Source: Paragordius varius (lineage: Eukaryota; Animalia; Nematomorpha). From it: a stretch of DNA of 64,000 nucleotides. A program made the position numbers and the translations under genes. Of this stretch, positions 1 to 11,719 are shown in pieces. The notes below the pieces were generated by a model. That model made no database searches. It had not been told where the DNA came from and saw nothing but the letters and a program-made list of their open reading frames with translations. Each line of letters starts with the position of its first letter. Within the stretch, counting starts at the first letter, position 1. The stretch spans positions 8,494,001 to 8,558,000 of the forward strand of contig OZ176055.1 in the NCBI GenBank assembly GCA_964247055.1, written 5' to 3'.

Positions 1-43
1 TTTTGCAAATCTTCGTGTAAAAAAATAGTAGTTATCATCATGG

Positions 44-250
44 AGAGGCGTAGCTAGAGGAGGGAAAAGGGGGGCCGATGTACTGGGCGCCATAGTTGCA
101 GGGGCGCCGAATTTTAAAATTTTTAATTTTATTTCAAAAAAATAGGTGTTTAAAAGTTATTATTTCAAATAATACATAAAAAAATCACGAAGGGGAGCGC
201 CATCTCGTATTCATAGACCGGGTGTGCCAGAAATTCAAGCTACGCCTCTG
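44..250. mobile_element. hAT-type MITE (~207 bp)
   Basis: 12-bp inverted termini AGAGGCGTAGCT (44-55) and AGCTACGCCTCT (238-249); flanks CATCATGG (36-43) and CATCTTGG (251-258) match 7/8, consistent with an 8-bp TSD; no coding capacity. Confidence 0.7.
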
Positions 251-529
251 CATCTTGGTGAAAGTATACAGAGCATTTAATTACTAAAAAGTATAACAAT
301 GGCAAAAAATGGTCCGAAAAAGTTAGTATATATATATATATATATATTATTTATTTATTTGTGGTTACAACCGCTTATTATGTCAAAAAGTCATTAGTGA
401 TTAAAACAAAATGATAATAAGTGTTAAATAATAACTTACAATACGTAAAATTTTGATATCTTATCATTATTTTATAATGTTTTTAACATCAACTGCAATG
501 TGTTCAAAAATTTGAATGGTTATTTTTAA

Positions 530-2550
530 CTAAGGGGTTTTATCCAACCCTCTGTATATTAAATTAAAACCTCCACGGCACACACATATGTCACAGCCGA
601 GGGAATCTTGAGCGAATCCGTTTGGACACCTCATTCTACATGTTATTGGTGGGCATTCTGCATGCAATTAAGTTTGTTTAAATAATTTACAAATGTTTAT
701 CACTGCTTTGTTGCTATGACAACATAACCAATCAATATTATTTTTGAAATTACTCATAATTTAGTAACGTGTGAATTAATAAAGATAAGCAATAAAATAT
801 TTTTCTGCGTTTAAAATAGCTAAACTTATGAGAATATATATATTTCTTAAATAAATTCTTTAAATAAATAAAAATATATTTCAGTTTAGAAAAAGTTTGA
901 AATAGAAATACCGATTTACAATAAAAAATTTATGTTTAATATAGTCTCCAAAACCAAAGTTTGATTCAAACAAAAGCTGTATTCAAAACATAGGTAAAAT
1001 AAGAATAACTTACTGCAATGACATGTGTCGCACCCTTTGAAGTCTGTTTTATATCCATGAGGGCAACGGTTTGGACAATTCACAGGCTTGCACAAATGAA
1101 GCGTGTCTAATAGCGCTAAAATGAAATATATTTGATAATAAGTTGACAACAATCTAATAAATAAAATATTTTTATATTTATTTTGTTTTATAAATATTTA
1201 CATATTTCAAAAGTTTTTGTCATTTAGAAAATTGGTTTGACAATTTAGATTAGGTTTATAAACGTTTTAACTCTACCATTAATCAGTCTTTTTTTTATAG
1301 TGGTGGTTTTTACCAAAAAAATTTGACCGGCTGCATAATTTTTAAGGGCCGTGCACTATAAAATACCGACAAATGTTGCGTAGCTGTTTGATACGTTTGT
1401 GTACGAAATTTTTGGCGGTTGCATATAAATCACAGCTGAAATGCCTCTTAAACTATTTAATTAAATAAAGATATTTTTCACCAATTTTAACAAATCAGGT
1501 TTAATGGCCAATTGTAAATATGACCTCGGGTTGTTTTAAATATTTAGAATCTGTGTTTTTAGGGGGGTGGACTACTCAATAAAAAATGTGATTCGATCAA
1601 TCCATAAAGGAAAAACTTTAATGGTCATTAATATTGAATATGCTAAAAATCACAAAATGTGGGGTTTTACTCGAGTGCTCTATATAGGAGGTTGCGATTT
1701 TTAAAAAAGTTCTCGACTATTTAAAAAAAACTATAATCATCCATACTAACGATTTTAAAAGAATTCTAGCATCAATTTTATGCGAAAAGCGCTAATTATA
1801 TAAGAAAAGGAACCGAACCCAGGAGCGTAATGTAAAAAGTTCGACTAAGATAGGCGCATTTTTATTCATAATAGAATTTAAATGAGCCTACTGTTTTCGG
1901 AATCTTCGTCATTAGCTTTAAGTTTTTTGGAATTTATATATTTTTGTGGTTATCTTTTTTAACAGAGCATAACTATCAGCTACCGACGAAATTTAAACAA
2001 GAGTAAAAAAACAATGATACTGCAAAAATATTGGAAAGAAATCTTTTTTTAGCAATACCTCTATTTGTATCTGGAGCGGTTGTGGTTCCAATATGTTATT
2101 AAAAAAATCAGGAACTCACAAAGATAATAAATAAATAAATAAATATATCTGCCCATTAATTATATCTGAATAAAATAAAATTTTAAAACTATTTTTAAGA
2201 TTTTTGAAATTGTATATGATATGAATATTATTGGTGTTGTTAAATTCTTCAAATATATTTTATAATTGCTTACATTTGCATTCGCAAATAGGACATCCAT
2301 TGACTTCTTTGTAACTCAAACAAACTTTGTGACATCTAAGTTTTTCACAACCTTAATTATTTATCGAAAAAAATAAAATTCATAAATTAAATTCTAATGA
2401 AAGAATGTTTATATTAAATAAGATATTAATTGTTTCACCTGTTGTGATAGATGACCAAGGCCACCCCCGAATGCAAATTATTAAATTGGATAATACAATA
2501 AGTAAAAATAGAGATAAAAAAATGTTTGTTTTAAATGTAACAGGCATCAT
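530..2550 (-). CDS. Secreted antistasin-like (3 domain) serine protease inhibitor, 4 exons
   Basis: Exon 2439-2547/2550 (MPVTFKTNIFLSLFLLIVLSNLIICIRGWPWSSITT, signal-peptide-like); 2274-2351 (GCEKLRCHKVCLSYKEVNGCPICECK); 1014-1106 (YTLHLCKPVNCPNRCPHGYKTDFKGCDTCHC); 530-657 (KCPPITCRMRCPNGFAQDSLGCDICVCRGG...stop). All three introns are GT-AG, phase 1 and in frame. Each domain has the C-x4-C-x3-C-xn-GC-x2-C-x-C antistasin spacing. Confidence 0.85.
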
Positions 2551-2867
2551 CAATTACGTATTTAATATTGGGGAAAAAGTTTAATGTCAATTTTTGTGTT
2601 TTCTTTTAAAACAAACTACGACAACTGTTTTAGCAATAATATCGATTAATTCGATTTTAGATATTTCCTTGGGCTTTTGTTTATTTGTGAAAAATGTATT
2701 ATTACTTTTCAAATATAATTAATTGTAAATATCAAATTTGACATAATCCAAAAATATTAAAAAACGCTATTGTCAACAGTGTCGGTCAATATTTTTGATT
2801 CATATAATTAAACATGGTGGGTAATATGCGGAGTGCACACAAAAGTAAGCCAGATAAAATTCTATTG

Positions 2868-3484
2868 CAGTGGTTACCCACTAAAAAATTTTGACAGGCC
2901 GAATATAATATTATTTTGTGTCAATCCGTGCACCGTATTAGACACATTTGTAAGTATTTATACTTTGCCATTTTTTGCAGGTCGGACATAAATCGTAGAA
3001 ATACCTCTTGTTGCTACTCACAACAAAAATATTTTGATGTTAACATCATTTAAAAAGTTGGCTTATTTTATATTAACCAAGCATTTAACGAATCCGGTAT
3101 ATATCATAACAGGCCGATCAATTTTCATTTTTGATGCCGCCTCGCATGAACAAACTGATGGAAAACAGTAAGGATTATTATTGAGCACATTTTATTATAT
3201 TCCATATTACAATATTTATCACAATTAACGAGATGCATAAAATAAAAAGCTAATTATCCAAATTTCAAAGATAAAAGCCAGAAATACTTCCAATGGGTAA
3301 AAATAAAAAAATATCAAATAATATCTAAACCCTATTTTATTTTTAATACTGAAAAAGAAAGAAATAAATAATGTAATCTATTAAAAAGGAGTTATATTAT
3401 ACAATAAAAAACTTAATGTCAGAGCCATAAAAAAGCGCTTTTAAAACTGCATGCGAACGGTAGACCGCGGTTTAAGTACCATTG
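2868..3484. mobile_element. Degenerate non-autonomous hAT derivative (same family as 30494-32916)
   Basis: Left end CAGTGGTTACCCACTAAAAAATTTTGACAGGCC resembles the 30494 end; right end CCGCGGTTTAAGTACCATTG resembles the 32916 end; no TSD recognisable. Confidence 0.5.
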
Positions 3485-3889
3485 AGGTTTATAGTGCATT
3501 TGGTTTAGTCTTGAGTGGTTTAAGTAGAATATTTTCAATTTGTGGTAATTAGTTGATATCGAAAAATCGCAATTACGCATATTTTTCCTAAATAAATTTT
3601 AATGAAAAATGCGTCATGCCATAATCTATTGTCGAATATGTCATAATTTTTATATGAAAGGCAAAACAATATTTATATTGAGTTTTTACTTTTTGGGGCT
3701 ATAAAAGTAAATTTTTAGGCCCCTTTGAAATGGGCAGGCTTCTTAAAATATGCTCAAAATGTCAAGGTTGCTGGACAGGAACTTATGCCCTTAAGACTTC
3801 ATAAAGTTTTTGCGTTTAATTTAAGAAAACCTGCCTATTTCAGAGTTCAGAAATATATGAGTTTCGGAGATCTATAAATTAAATATAAA

Positions 3890-5175
3890 CCCTTTGCACT
3901 TCATAAGTTGGTCCTTAATTTCATGTTGGCCCTTAAACACTTCAAGTTTATCCCTAAATTTTAAATTATGTAACCAATATAACAAGTGTCAATTAGATAA
4001 ATATAAAAATAAATTAAGATAAATCAGTTTTTTGTATATATTAAATTAATAGTAGATGTGATTTTAATAAATAATTATTAACTTTAATTTTAGCATTTAA
4101 ATAAAGAACAAGATATTTACAAATGTTGTGTATAAAAATGGCGTCAAAATCGTTTGATATACCTCTGCACTTCAAGAGTGTCTTGAACAATTCAAGTTGG
4201 TCTTTGAACATTTCATATTGGTCCATAAAATTAACCAGAATATTTAAATGACTTTTTTGTTTCAAATTATTTTTTTCCAATTTCTAAATTACCTTATAAA
4301 TGTTTTTAATAAAAAATTGCAATTAATAACCCAAAAAACTCATATATTTAATTACGTCTTACTTATATATAAAATATTTTTACAAAATTAATAAAAAATG
4401 TACGGTTTTTAAATAATTAAAAATTGATATTGATTTAAAGTTTATGTTAACACTTCGATTCAAATTGGGGTCTCTAAATACCCCAGACTAAATTTAAATT
4501 AAAATTTCTAAATAACTCTGAAGGAAACGGTCCCAATTTAAGTTTTCTATCCTGATAAATATTACATAAATATGCCAAAATATCTTGATAAAATTTTGTT
4601 TTGAAAAAAAGTTCCATCTCAAACTACTTCGACGCCATTTTTATTTTTTAAAATTTTCAAAATATCGTCTTCATTTAATTTTGAGGGTAAAACTAAAGCT
4701 TATTTTTTATATAAATTACATCTAACATTGATAGAAATAGAAAAAGCGGTTTATTTTGTATTATTTTTTAATTTTACAATTTGACACATGTCACGTTGAC
4801 TAAATTTTTACCTTTCAGTTAGCTCAAAATAAGTAATATCAAGTATTTTTGAATAAAATTTTTTATATATTTCGGTTTATTAATGTTATATAAGTGCGAA
4901 ATTTTGCCATGGTTTCGATTGCTTCCATACTTTTTAAAATATTTATTTTTAAACAGGCCTGGGGTATCCAACTACCCCAATTTGAATCGAAGGACTAAAA
5001 TGAGTGTGTTGTATCCAAATGTTAAAGAAAATCGGTTAAAATTGATTAAATAGATGAATGATACACAATTTGATTCATAAAAGTTAAAACAAAGCAAAAA
5101 AGTTAAAGGACCAACTTGAAATGTTCAAGGATCAACTTAAAGTGTTCGAGGACACTCTTAAAGTTGAAGTGCTAT
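3890..5175. repeat. Foldback-like arms with ~21-bp subrepeats (GCACTTCAA...GAACAATTCAAGTTGGTC)
   Basis: Arms at ~3890-3955 and ~4165-4240 (same orientation) and an inverted arm at ~5102-5175; the last two bracket piggyBac-type copy 1. Confidence 0.55.
4447..5025 (+). mobile_element. piggyBac-type non-autonomous element, copy 1 (~580 bp)
   Basis: Starts TTAA|CACTTCGATTCAAATTGGGG and ends CCCCAATTTGAATCGAAG-spacer-AAATG|TTAA; TTAA at both ends. Confidence 0.7.
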
Positions 5176-5345
5176 ATAACTTTTTCAAAACTAAATTTTA
5201 TTAAGATATTGACTTATTATTTTTATAAGGATAAAAACATATTATTAAAATTGGAACTGTCTCTTTTGGGAGTTTTTTTAACAATATAAATATGGGGTAA
5301 CTAATTATCCTTATTCAAATCGGAGTGTTAATTACAAAATAACTA

Positions 5346-5884
5346 TAACCCTTGGATACTACACATTTATTCCAGTTCTTCAAATCTAATTGGGGTATTT
5401 AGATACCCCAGGCCTGTTTGAAATTAAATACTTTCAAAAATAATAAGGTTAAAGCCATAGCAGAAGTTTGCACTTACATAACATTAAAGCAAAATATAAA
5501 AAAATTCATTCAAAAATATGATACTACTTATTTTAAGATAAAAGCCAAAAGCCTAAAAATTTAGTAAACATGACACGTGTGCATTAGCAAAATTTAAAAA
5601 TAATACAAATTAAACCACTTTATTTTTCTTAAGATGTTAAAAATAATAGCTTTTTAAATGAAATAAACCCGAAATTTTGCAAAAATATTGTATAAAAAAT
5701 GGCCTCAAAGTAGTTTAAATGGAATTTTTTTTTGAAAACCAAAATTTATGTAAATTTTTCGGCTTAATTTTATATAAGAATAGAAGCATAAATTTAAAGT
5801 GGAACCGTTCTTTCAGGATTTTTTAAAATATATCAACTTGAATATATGGGGTTTTTAATACCCCAATTTGAATCAAAGTGTTAA
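5346..5884 (-). mobile_element. piggyBac-type non-autonomous element, copy 2 (inverted)
   Basis: Reverse-complement homolog of 4447-5025, ending CCCCAATTTGAATCAAAGTG|TTAA at 5884. Confidence 0.7.
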
Positions 5885-6056
5885 TATTAAAGAAAATAAT
5901 GCCAAAAAGTTCATGAGATCGTTCCATTTTTACATTTTTTTACTTCACGACTTTTGTGGAAGTTATACAGGGTATATTAAAATTAAAATAACTAAAAAAT
6001 ATTTTGCTTTAGACCAATTTAAAATAAAATATGCATTATTTTTAGGGGCTTTTTTA

Positions 6057-7206
6057 TAACACTTTGATTTAAATTGAGGTATCTAAATACCCCAGAATAA
6101 ATTTAAATTAGGTTTTCAAAAAACTACTGAAAACGGTCCCAATTTAGATTTATGCTTCTATCCTAATAAAAATTATATAAATATGCCAAAATATCCAAAT
6201 AAAATTTTGTATTGAAAAAAAAGTTTCATGACAAACTACTTCGGCGCCATTTTATTTTACAGAATCTTGCAAAATATTGTCTTCATTTAATTTTAAGGGT
6301 AAAACTAAAGCTAATTTTCTATTTAAATTACAAACATTGATAGAAATGGAGAAAGAGGTTTATTTTGTATTAATTTTTAATTTTGCCATTTCAAAGTCAC
6401 GTTGACGAAATTTTTACCTTTCGGTTTGAGATCAAAATAAGTGTCAATTATTTTTGAATAAAATTTTTTATATATTTTGGTTTATTAACACTTCAATTCA
6501 AATTGGAGTATCTAAATACCCCAGAATATATTTAAATTAATATTTTTAAAAAACTATTGAAGAAAACGGTCCCAATTTAAATGTTTGCTTCTATCCTGAT
6601 AAAAATTATATAAAAATGCCAAAATAGCTTGATAAAATTTTGTTTTGAAAAAAAAGTTTCATCTCAAACTACTTAAACGCCATTTTTATTTTGCAAAATT
6701 TTTGTAAAATATCGTTTTCAATTAATTTTAAAAGTAAAATTATAGCTAATTATTTATTTAAATTACATCTAACATTGATAGAAATAGAAAAAGCGGTTTA
6801 TTTTGTATTATTTTTCTATTTTACCATTGCAATGTCACGTTGACGAAATTTTTACCTTTCGGTTTTAGCTTAATAAGTAATATCAAGTATTTTTGAATTA
6901 AAATTTTTATATATTTTGGTATATTGATGTTATATAAGTGGAAAATTTTGCTATCATTTCGATTCCTTCCATACTTTTTAAAGTATTTGATTTTAAACAG
7001 GCCTGGGGTATCCAACTACCCCAATTTGAATCAAAGGACTAAAATAAGTGTGTTGTATCCAAATCTTAATATATAAAGTGCAAAATTTTGCCATGGTTTC
7101 GATTCCTTTCCTAATTTTTAAAGCATTTAATTTTAAACAGGCCTGGGGTATCCTACCTCAATTTGAATCGAAGGACTGAAATGAATGTGTTGTATCCAAG
7201 TGTTAA
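6057..7206 (+). mobile_element. piggyBac-type element copy 3, with copy 4 (6485-7069) nested inside it
   Basis: Copy 3 runs 6057-6488, is interrupted at a TTAA by a full copy 4 (TTAA 6485-6488 to TTAA 7066-7069), then resumes 7070-7206 and ends CCAAGTG|TTAA. Confidence 0.75.
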
Positions 7207-8975
7207 AAAAACTAAAAAAAATATCATCTTAAAATTTTTGGCTACCATTTTTTATTTTATTTTTTTAATTCGTGAATACTACATGCAAGTATGAATATTA
7301 TAATTAACATTGAAAAGCTTTCAAATTGCAATTTACCACTAAATTTTTACTTATTAATATATCAAGTGTTCGATTCAATCGTTTTAGAGCTATCTAAATT
7401 TGGGACTCTAGAATTCGAAAACTGTAATTTATGTTTTTTTGATACAGGAGAAAAAGGTTTGATAATTAAACTTTCACCAAAACAACCTTCAAAACAGTAG
7501 ATTCTCTACTTTAAGCGCTGTAATCGAAAGACCCCGAAATATCATCGTTGACAAAAAAATTGTATTGAAGATACGCCTAAAAAGCTAATGAAAGCATGTT
7601 TTTTAAATATGACCCAATGCCAAAAATATTATTATAATATTTATATTTAAATGAGCTGGTCCCAAAAGATCATGAAGTGCTAGGCATAAATTTAAGAGCC
7701 GACCCCTTTTTAGTGTTTTTTGTGTAAATATCCATATAAGTTGTTTAGGAGCCGCCAATTAACACAAGAAATAAAATATTATAATTTCAAACAATTAACC
7801 TTTAAATCCTTTTGTTTACATTAGCAAGTTTTTATTTTATTGTTCAAATAATTGTTTCAGTAGGATTGCCTATTTAAATATTAACTCTAATACTTTTAAC
7901 AGTCAAAATTACTATAGAGTTTACTGTTTATAAATTATAATTTAATAAAATCATATTATGATATTATTATTATAGGTTGTGAGATTTACCCAAGAATAAC
8001 ACTGTGACACAACTTTTTCTGGACTCGATTTTCTAAATATTTTCTGATTCCTTATCGTATTGTGATCAGATTTGCGTAAAAAATTTTTTTACTTTCCCAG
8101 CTCGTTTTCGAGATATGGGACTTTTTCCATATTTGGACATATCCAAAATTTTCTTGTTTGTAAATGATTTTCGCTATGTAAACGAATAATATGTGGCTTA
8201 CATAAGTATTTTTACAAGAAATTACCAATTTATCTTCAAAATAAAAAAAAAGTTTACTTAAAATATCCAATACTTTTTGTTTTAGGGGGCAAAAACCCTC
8301 AAAAATTGGGTAACTTAACATTTTTTCACACAAATATTTTTTATCAATTTATTAAATCAAAACAAACTTTATTATATGTTCTTGGATGTTGATAATGTTT
8401 GTTTAAATATAAATATCACTTTGTAATAGCTTTGTGGACTTTTATTTTTAAAAATAAATTTAATTTTTACAGCTTTTTTGTTGCTTTTTTTATGTAAAAA
8501 ATAATTTAATTTAGTCAGCTGTAAATACTAATTTCATTTTTTCATCTGAAATTTTTAAATTTTGACCATATATGGTGGCAGATATGTTGATTCGTTTGCT
8601 TCATTTTTAAATATTTTAAAATAATATAAAATGGACAATGATTTTTATATAAATTTGTGATTGAATTCTGAATCGGAAAAATCGTCTGCCTTTTAGATAA
8701 GAGAAGAAAACACCTTGATACCATCAAATACATTATATATATATATATATACTTTAGGGATATGGATGATACCCTCTTTGTCAAGAGTGCAATCTAAAGA
8801 AGCTTATTACCCTGATGAAGTTTTACGATACTCGGAAATGAATTCTTTTTTAAAAAAGTTTAATCACCCATAAAATTTCAGTTGTTTAGGGAACAGGTAT
8901 GCCACAGGGAAATCAAAGGAAAGCACCCTCATATACTAAATTATATTTTTAATAATTTTAACCAATTATTTCTAG

Positions 8976-9920
8976 ACGCTTCTCAGGTATATTATATTTT
9001 ACATCTTTAGGAAAGTTTGAAGGCATTTTTATTGGACCGTGCCGGAGAGCACAGGCCAATATTAATAGCATTCAGCCGAGTTTATAGGGAAACCTATGAT
9101 AATTTTGAAAATATTTTGCAACTCCTCCGATACAACTTCCATTATTGGCATGTAACAGGGGATTATAAAGTTTCTAAAATTCTAATATTTTTATAGGTCA
9201 TGGGACTGCTTTACGGAATACAGAAAGGATTTCCTAAATTCTTTTGTCCTTTGTGTGAGTGGGACTCGCGGGACACCGATAACCATTACACAAAAAAAAA
9301 TTGGCCCGCCAAAACTTATGAAGTTGGGCCCAAGAATCAGACTAATTCTCCATTAATATCAGCTAACAAATTTGTTTTGCCGCCATTGTACACACTGCTT
9401 GGATTGGCCAAACATTTTTGTGCAGTCTCGATAAAAATGGCGAAGCTTGGGCCCATTACTTCAGGAAGTTCAGGATGACGCCTGCCAAAATTAACGCCGC
9501 AGTTTTGATAGGGCCGCAGGTATTATACTTTTAATTTTAGGTTACGAATCTTTTCAATGATGTTATGTTTGAATCTAAAATGCAACCCAAAGAAAAAGCG
9601 GCATGGGTTGCATTGCGAACTTTTTCTCAAAATTTTTTGGGAAATACAAAAAATAAGAACCATCTGGAATTAGGCAATCGTTTAATAGATTCTTTCAATA
9701 GGATGGGTATGTATGTTATAATACATTTGTTTTTTAAACATTTATATTAATTTTTATCCTATAGGATGCCGCATAAGTCTAAAGCTCCATATGGTGGATT
9801 CCCATCTACATTTTTTTCCAAAAGACTCAATTAGTGACCAAAGAGGAGAAAAGGGTCACCAGCTTTTGAAACCCTTCGAAAAAACCTATCGAAACAATAT
9901 AAATTTAATTTGCGATTATA
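8976..9920 (+). pseudogene. Chapaev3-like DDE transposase, N-terminus missing and frameshifted
   Basis: Exons 8976-8986 ((D)ASQ), 9011-9169 (ESLKAFLLD...YWHVTGDYK), 9197-9519 (VMGLLYGIQKGFPKFFCPLCEWDSR...LPPLYTLLGLAKHF, frameshift ~9425, LDKNGEAWAHYFRKF...IGPQ), 9541-9706 (...EKAAW...NFLGN...), 9765-~9920 (GCRISLKLHMVDSHLHFFP..ISDQRGEKGHQ...CDY). These match the Chapaev3 motif series SLKAVLLH / GDLKV / CFLCEWDSR / PLHIKLG / SDEQGERFHQ as I recall it. Confidence 0.85.
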
Positions 9921-10254
9921 TATATATATGAATAAATAAATTATTATTTTATTTTTTCTACACCTAATTTACTTTATTATTCTAGATTAGATTATCCGTG
10001 TCTTAAAATCTTTTGACCAAAATATATTCTAAATATTCACTCTAATAACTGATTATAATTAGGATTTGCATATAGTTCAATATAATATGATGAAATTATT
10101 TATTAATGGTATATTTTATTAGGCATATTCTTCAATTTTCTCTGCACAGTCGTCCATATTGAAAGCTAATCTATTAGCTGATGTGATATACAAATTGTTG
10201 CGATTGGGTACTTTGTCATGATAATATAACTACCTATTAATAAAATACTTTTAT

Positions 10255-10400
10255 GTGGCAGACGCCAAAATCGAATTGGTAAATAATTTTAAATACTTGG
10301 GCGATGTCATACATTGTCTAGGTGGAATAAACAAATCAGTTAAATATAGATCCCAACAGGTTGGGATAAAATATCATTAACTTAAATTTATGCTTAAACA
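10255..10400 (+). mobile_element. Short non-LTR retrotransposon RT fragment inside the Chapaev element
   Basis: Translates IELVNNFKYLGDVIHCLGGINKSVKYR, an FKYLG motif typical of the LINE RT C-terminal region. Confidence 0.45.
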
Positions 10401-11719
10401 TATATCAGCAAAAAACAAAGGTTGATTAGAGTTGTTGATAAGCGACAATAGTTTAAATTAAATAAGACGTTAACGACAAAAAATAATTTAACTGAAGAGA
10501 CGATAACCCAAATAAAATTTTTAAGAATATATGGTTAAAATAAAAATATTTAGTATATGAGGGTGCTTTCCTTTGATTTCCCTGTGGCATACCTGTTCCC
10601 TAAACAACTGAAATTTTATGGGTGATTAAACTTTTTTAAAAAAGAATTCATTTCCGAGTATCGTAAAACTTCATCAGGGTAATAAGCTTCTTTAGATTGC
10701 ACTCTTGACAAAGAGGGTATCATCCATATCCCTAAAGTATATATATATATATATAATGTATTTGATGGTATCAAGGTGTTTTCTTCTCTTATCTAAAAGG
10801 CAGACGATTTTTCCGATTCAGAATTCAATCACAAATTTATATAAAAATCATTGTCCATTTTATATTATTTTAAAATATTTAAAAATGAAGCAAACGAATC
10901 AACATATCTGCCACCATATATGGTCAAAATTTAAAAATTTCAGATGAAAAAATGAAATTAGTATTTACAGCTGACTAAATTAAATTATTTTTTACATAAA
11001 AAAAGCAACAAAAAAGCTGTAAAAATTAAATTTATTTTTAAAAATAAAAGTCCACAAAGCTATTACAAAGTGATATTTATATTTAAACAAACATTATCAA
11101 CATCCAAGAACATATAATAAAGTTTGTTTTGATTTAATAAATTGATAAAAAATATTTGTGTGAAAAAATGTTAAGTTACCCAATTTTTGAGGGTTTTTGC
11201 CCCCTAAAACAAAAAGTATTGGATATTTTAAGTAAATTTTTTTTTTATTTTGAAGATAAATTGGTAATTTCTTGTAAAAATACTTATGTAAGCCACATAT
11301 TATTCGTTTACATAGCGAAAATCATTTACAAACAAGAAAATTTTGGATATGTCCAAATATGGAAAAAGTCCCATATCTCGAAAACGAGCTGGGAAAGTAA
11401 AAAAAATTTTTACGCAAATCTGATCACAATACTATAAGGAATCAGAAAATATTTAGAAAATCGAGTCCAGAAAATTGACCCCATATTTTGTTGCACAGTG
11501 TAATTATCTTCATCTAAAAATTTTAGAATACATTAATATTATTGAACAATAATTATTTTAACCACATGTATAACATATGATTTGCATATAGGTGGTAGAA
11601 GATCGGTTTGATCTGGTTATTGCCGCATTTTTGCAATCAGTATTACTTAAAAATGCATATATTATTTTTGTTGCTCATCCCGCCTAATGCAGTTAAAAGA
11701 TAAATTAGCCACATAATAT

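Larger units (their letters stand above)
8000..11500 (+). mobile_element. Chapaev3-type (CMC superfamily) DNA transposon with ~940-bp TIRs
   Basis: Termini CACTGTG (8000) and CACAGTG (11500); 3-bp TAA TSD (7997-7999, 11501-11503); near-identical TIRs ~8000-8941 and ~10548-11500; internal Chapaev3-like transposase. Confidence 0.9.

Noticed and set aside
3080-3180. IFIFDAASH, resembling a Tc1/IS630 DNAxxH motif
   Set aside because: A single short motif inside a degenerate hAT derivative with no supporting flanking motifs.
8052-11437. Duplicated ORF pairs 8052-8333(-)/11156-11437(+) and 8542-8784(-)/10705-10947(+)
   Set aside because: They are mirror images produced by the Chapaev TIRs, with AT-biased composition, a (TA)n-derived YIYIY stretch and no recognisable motif.
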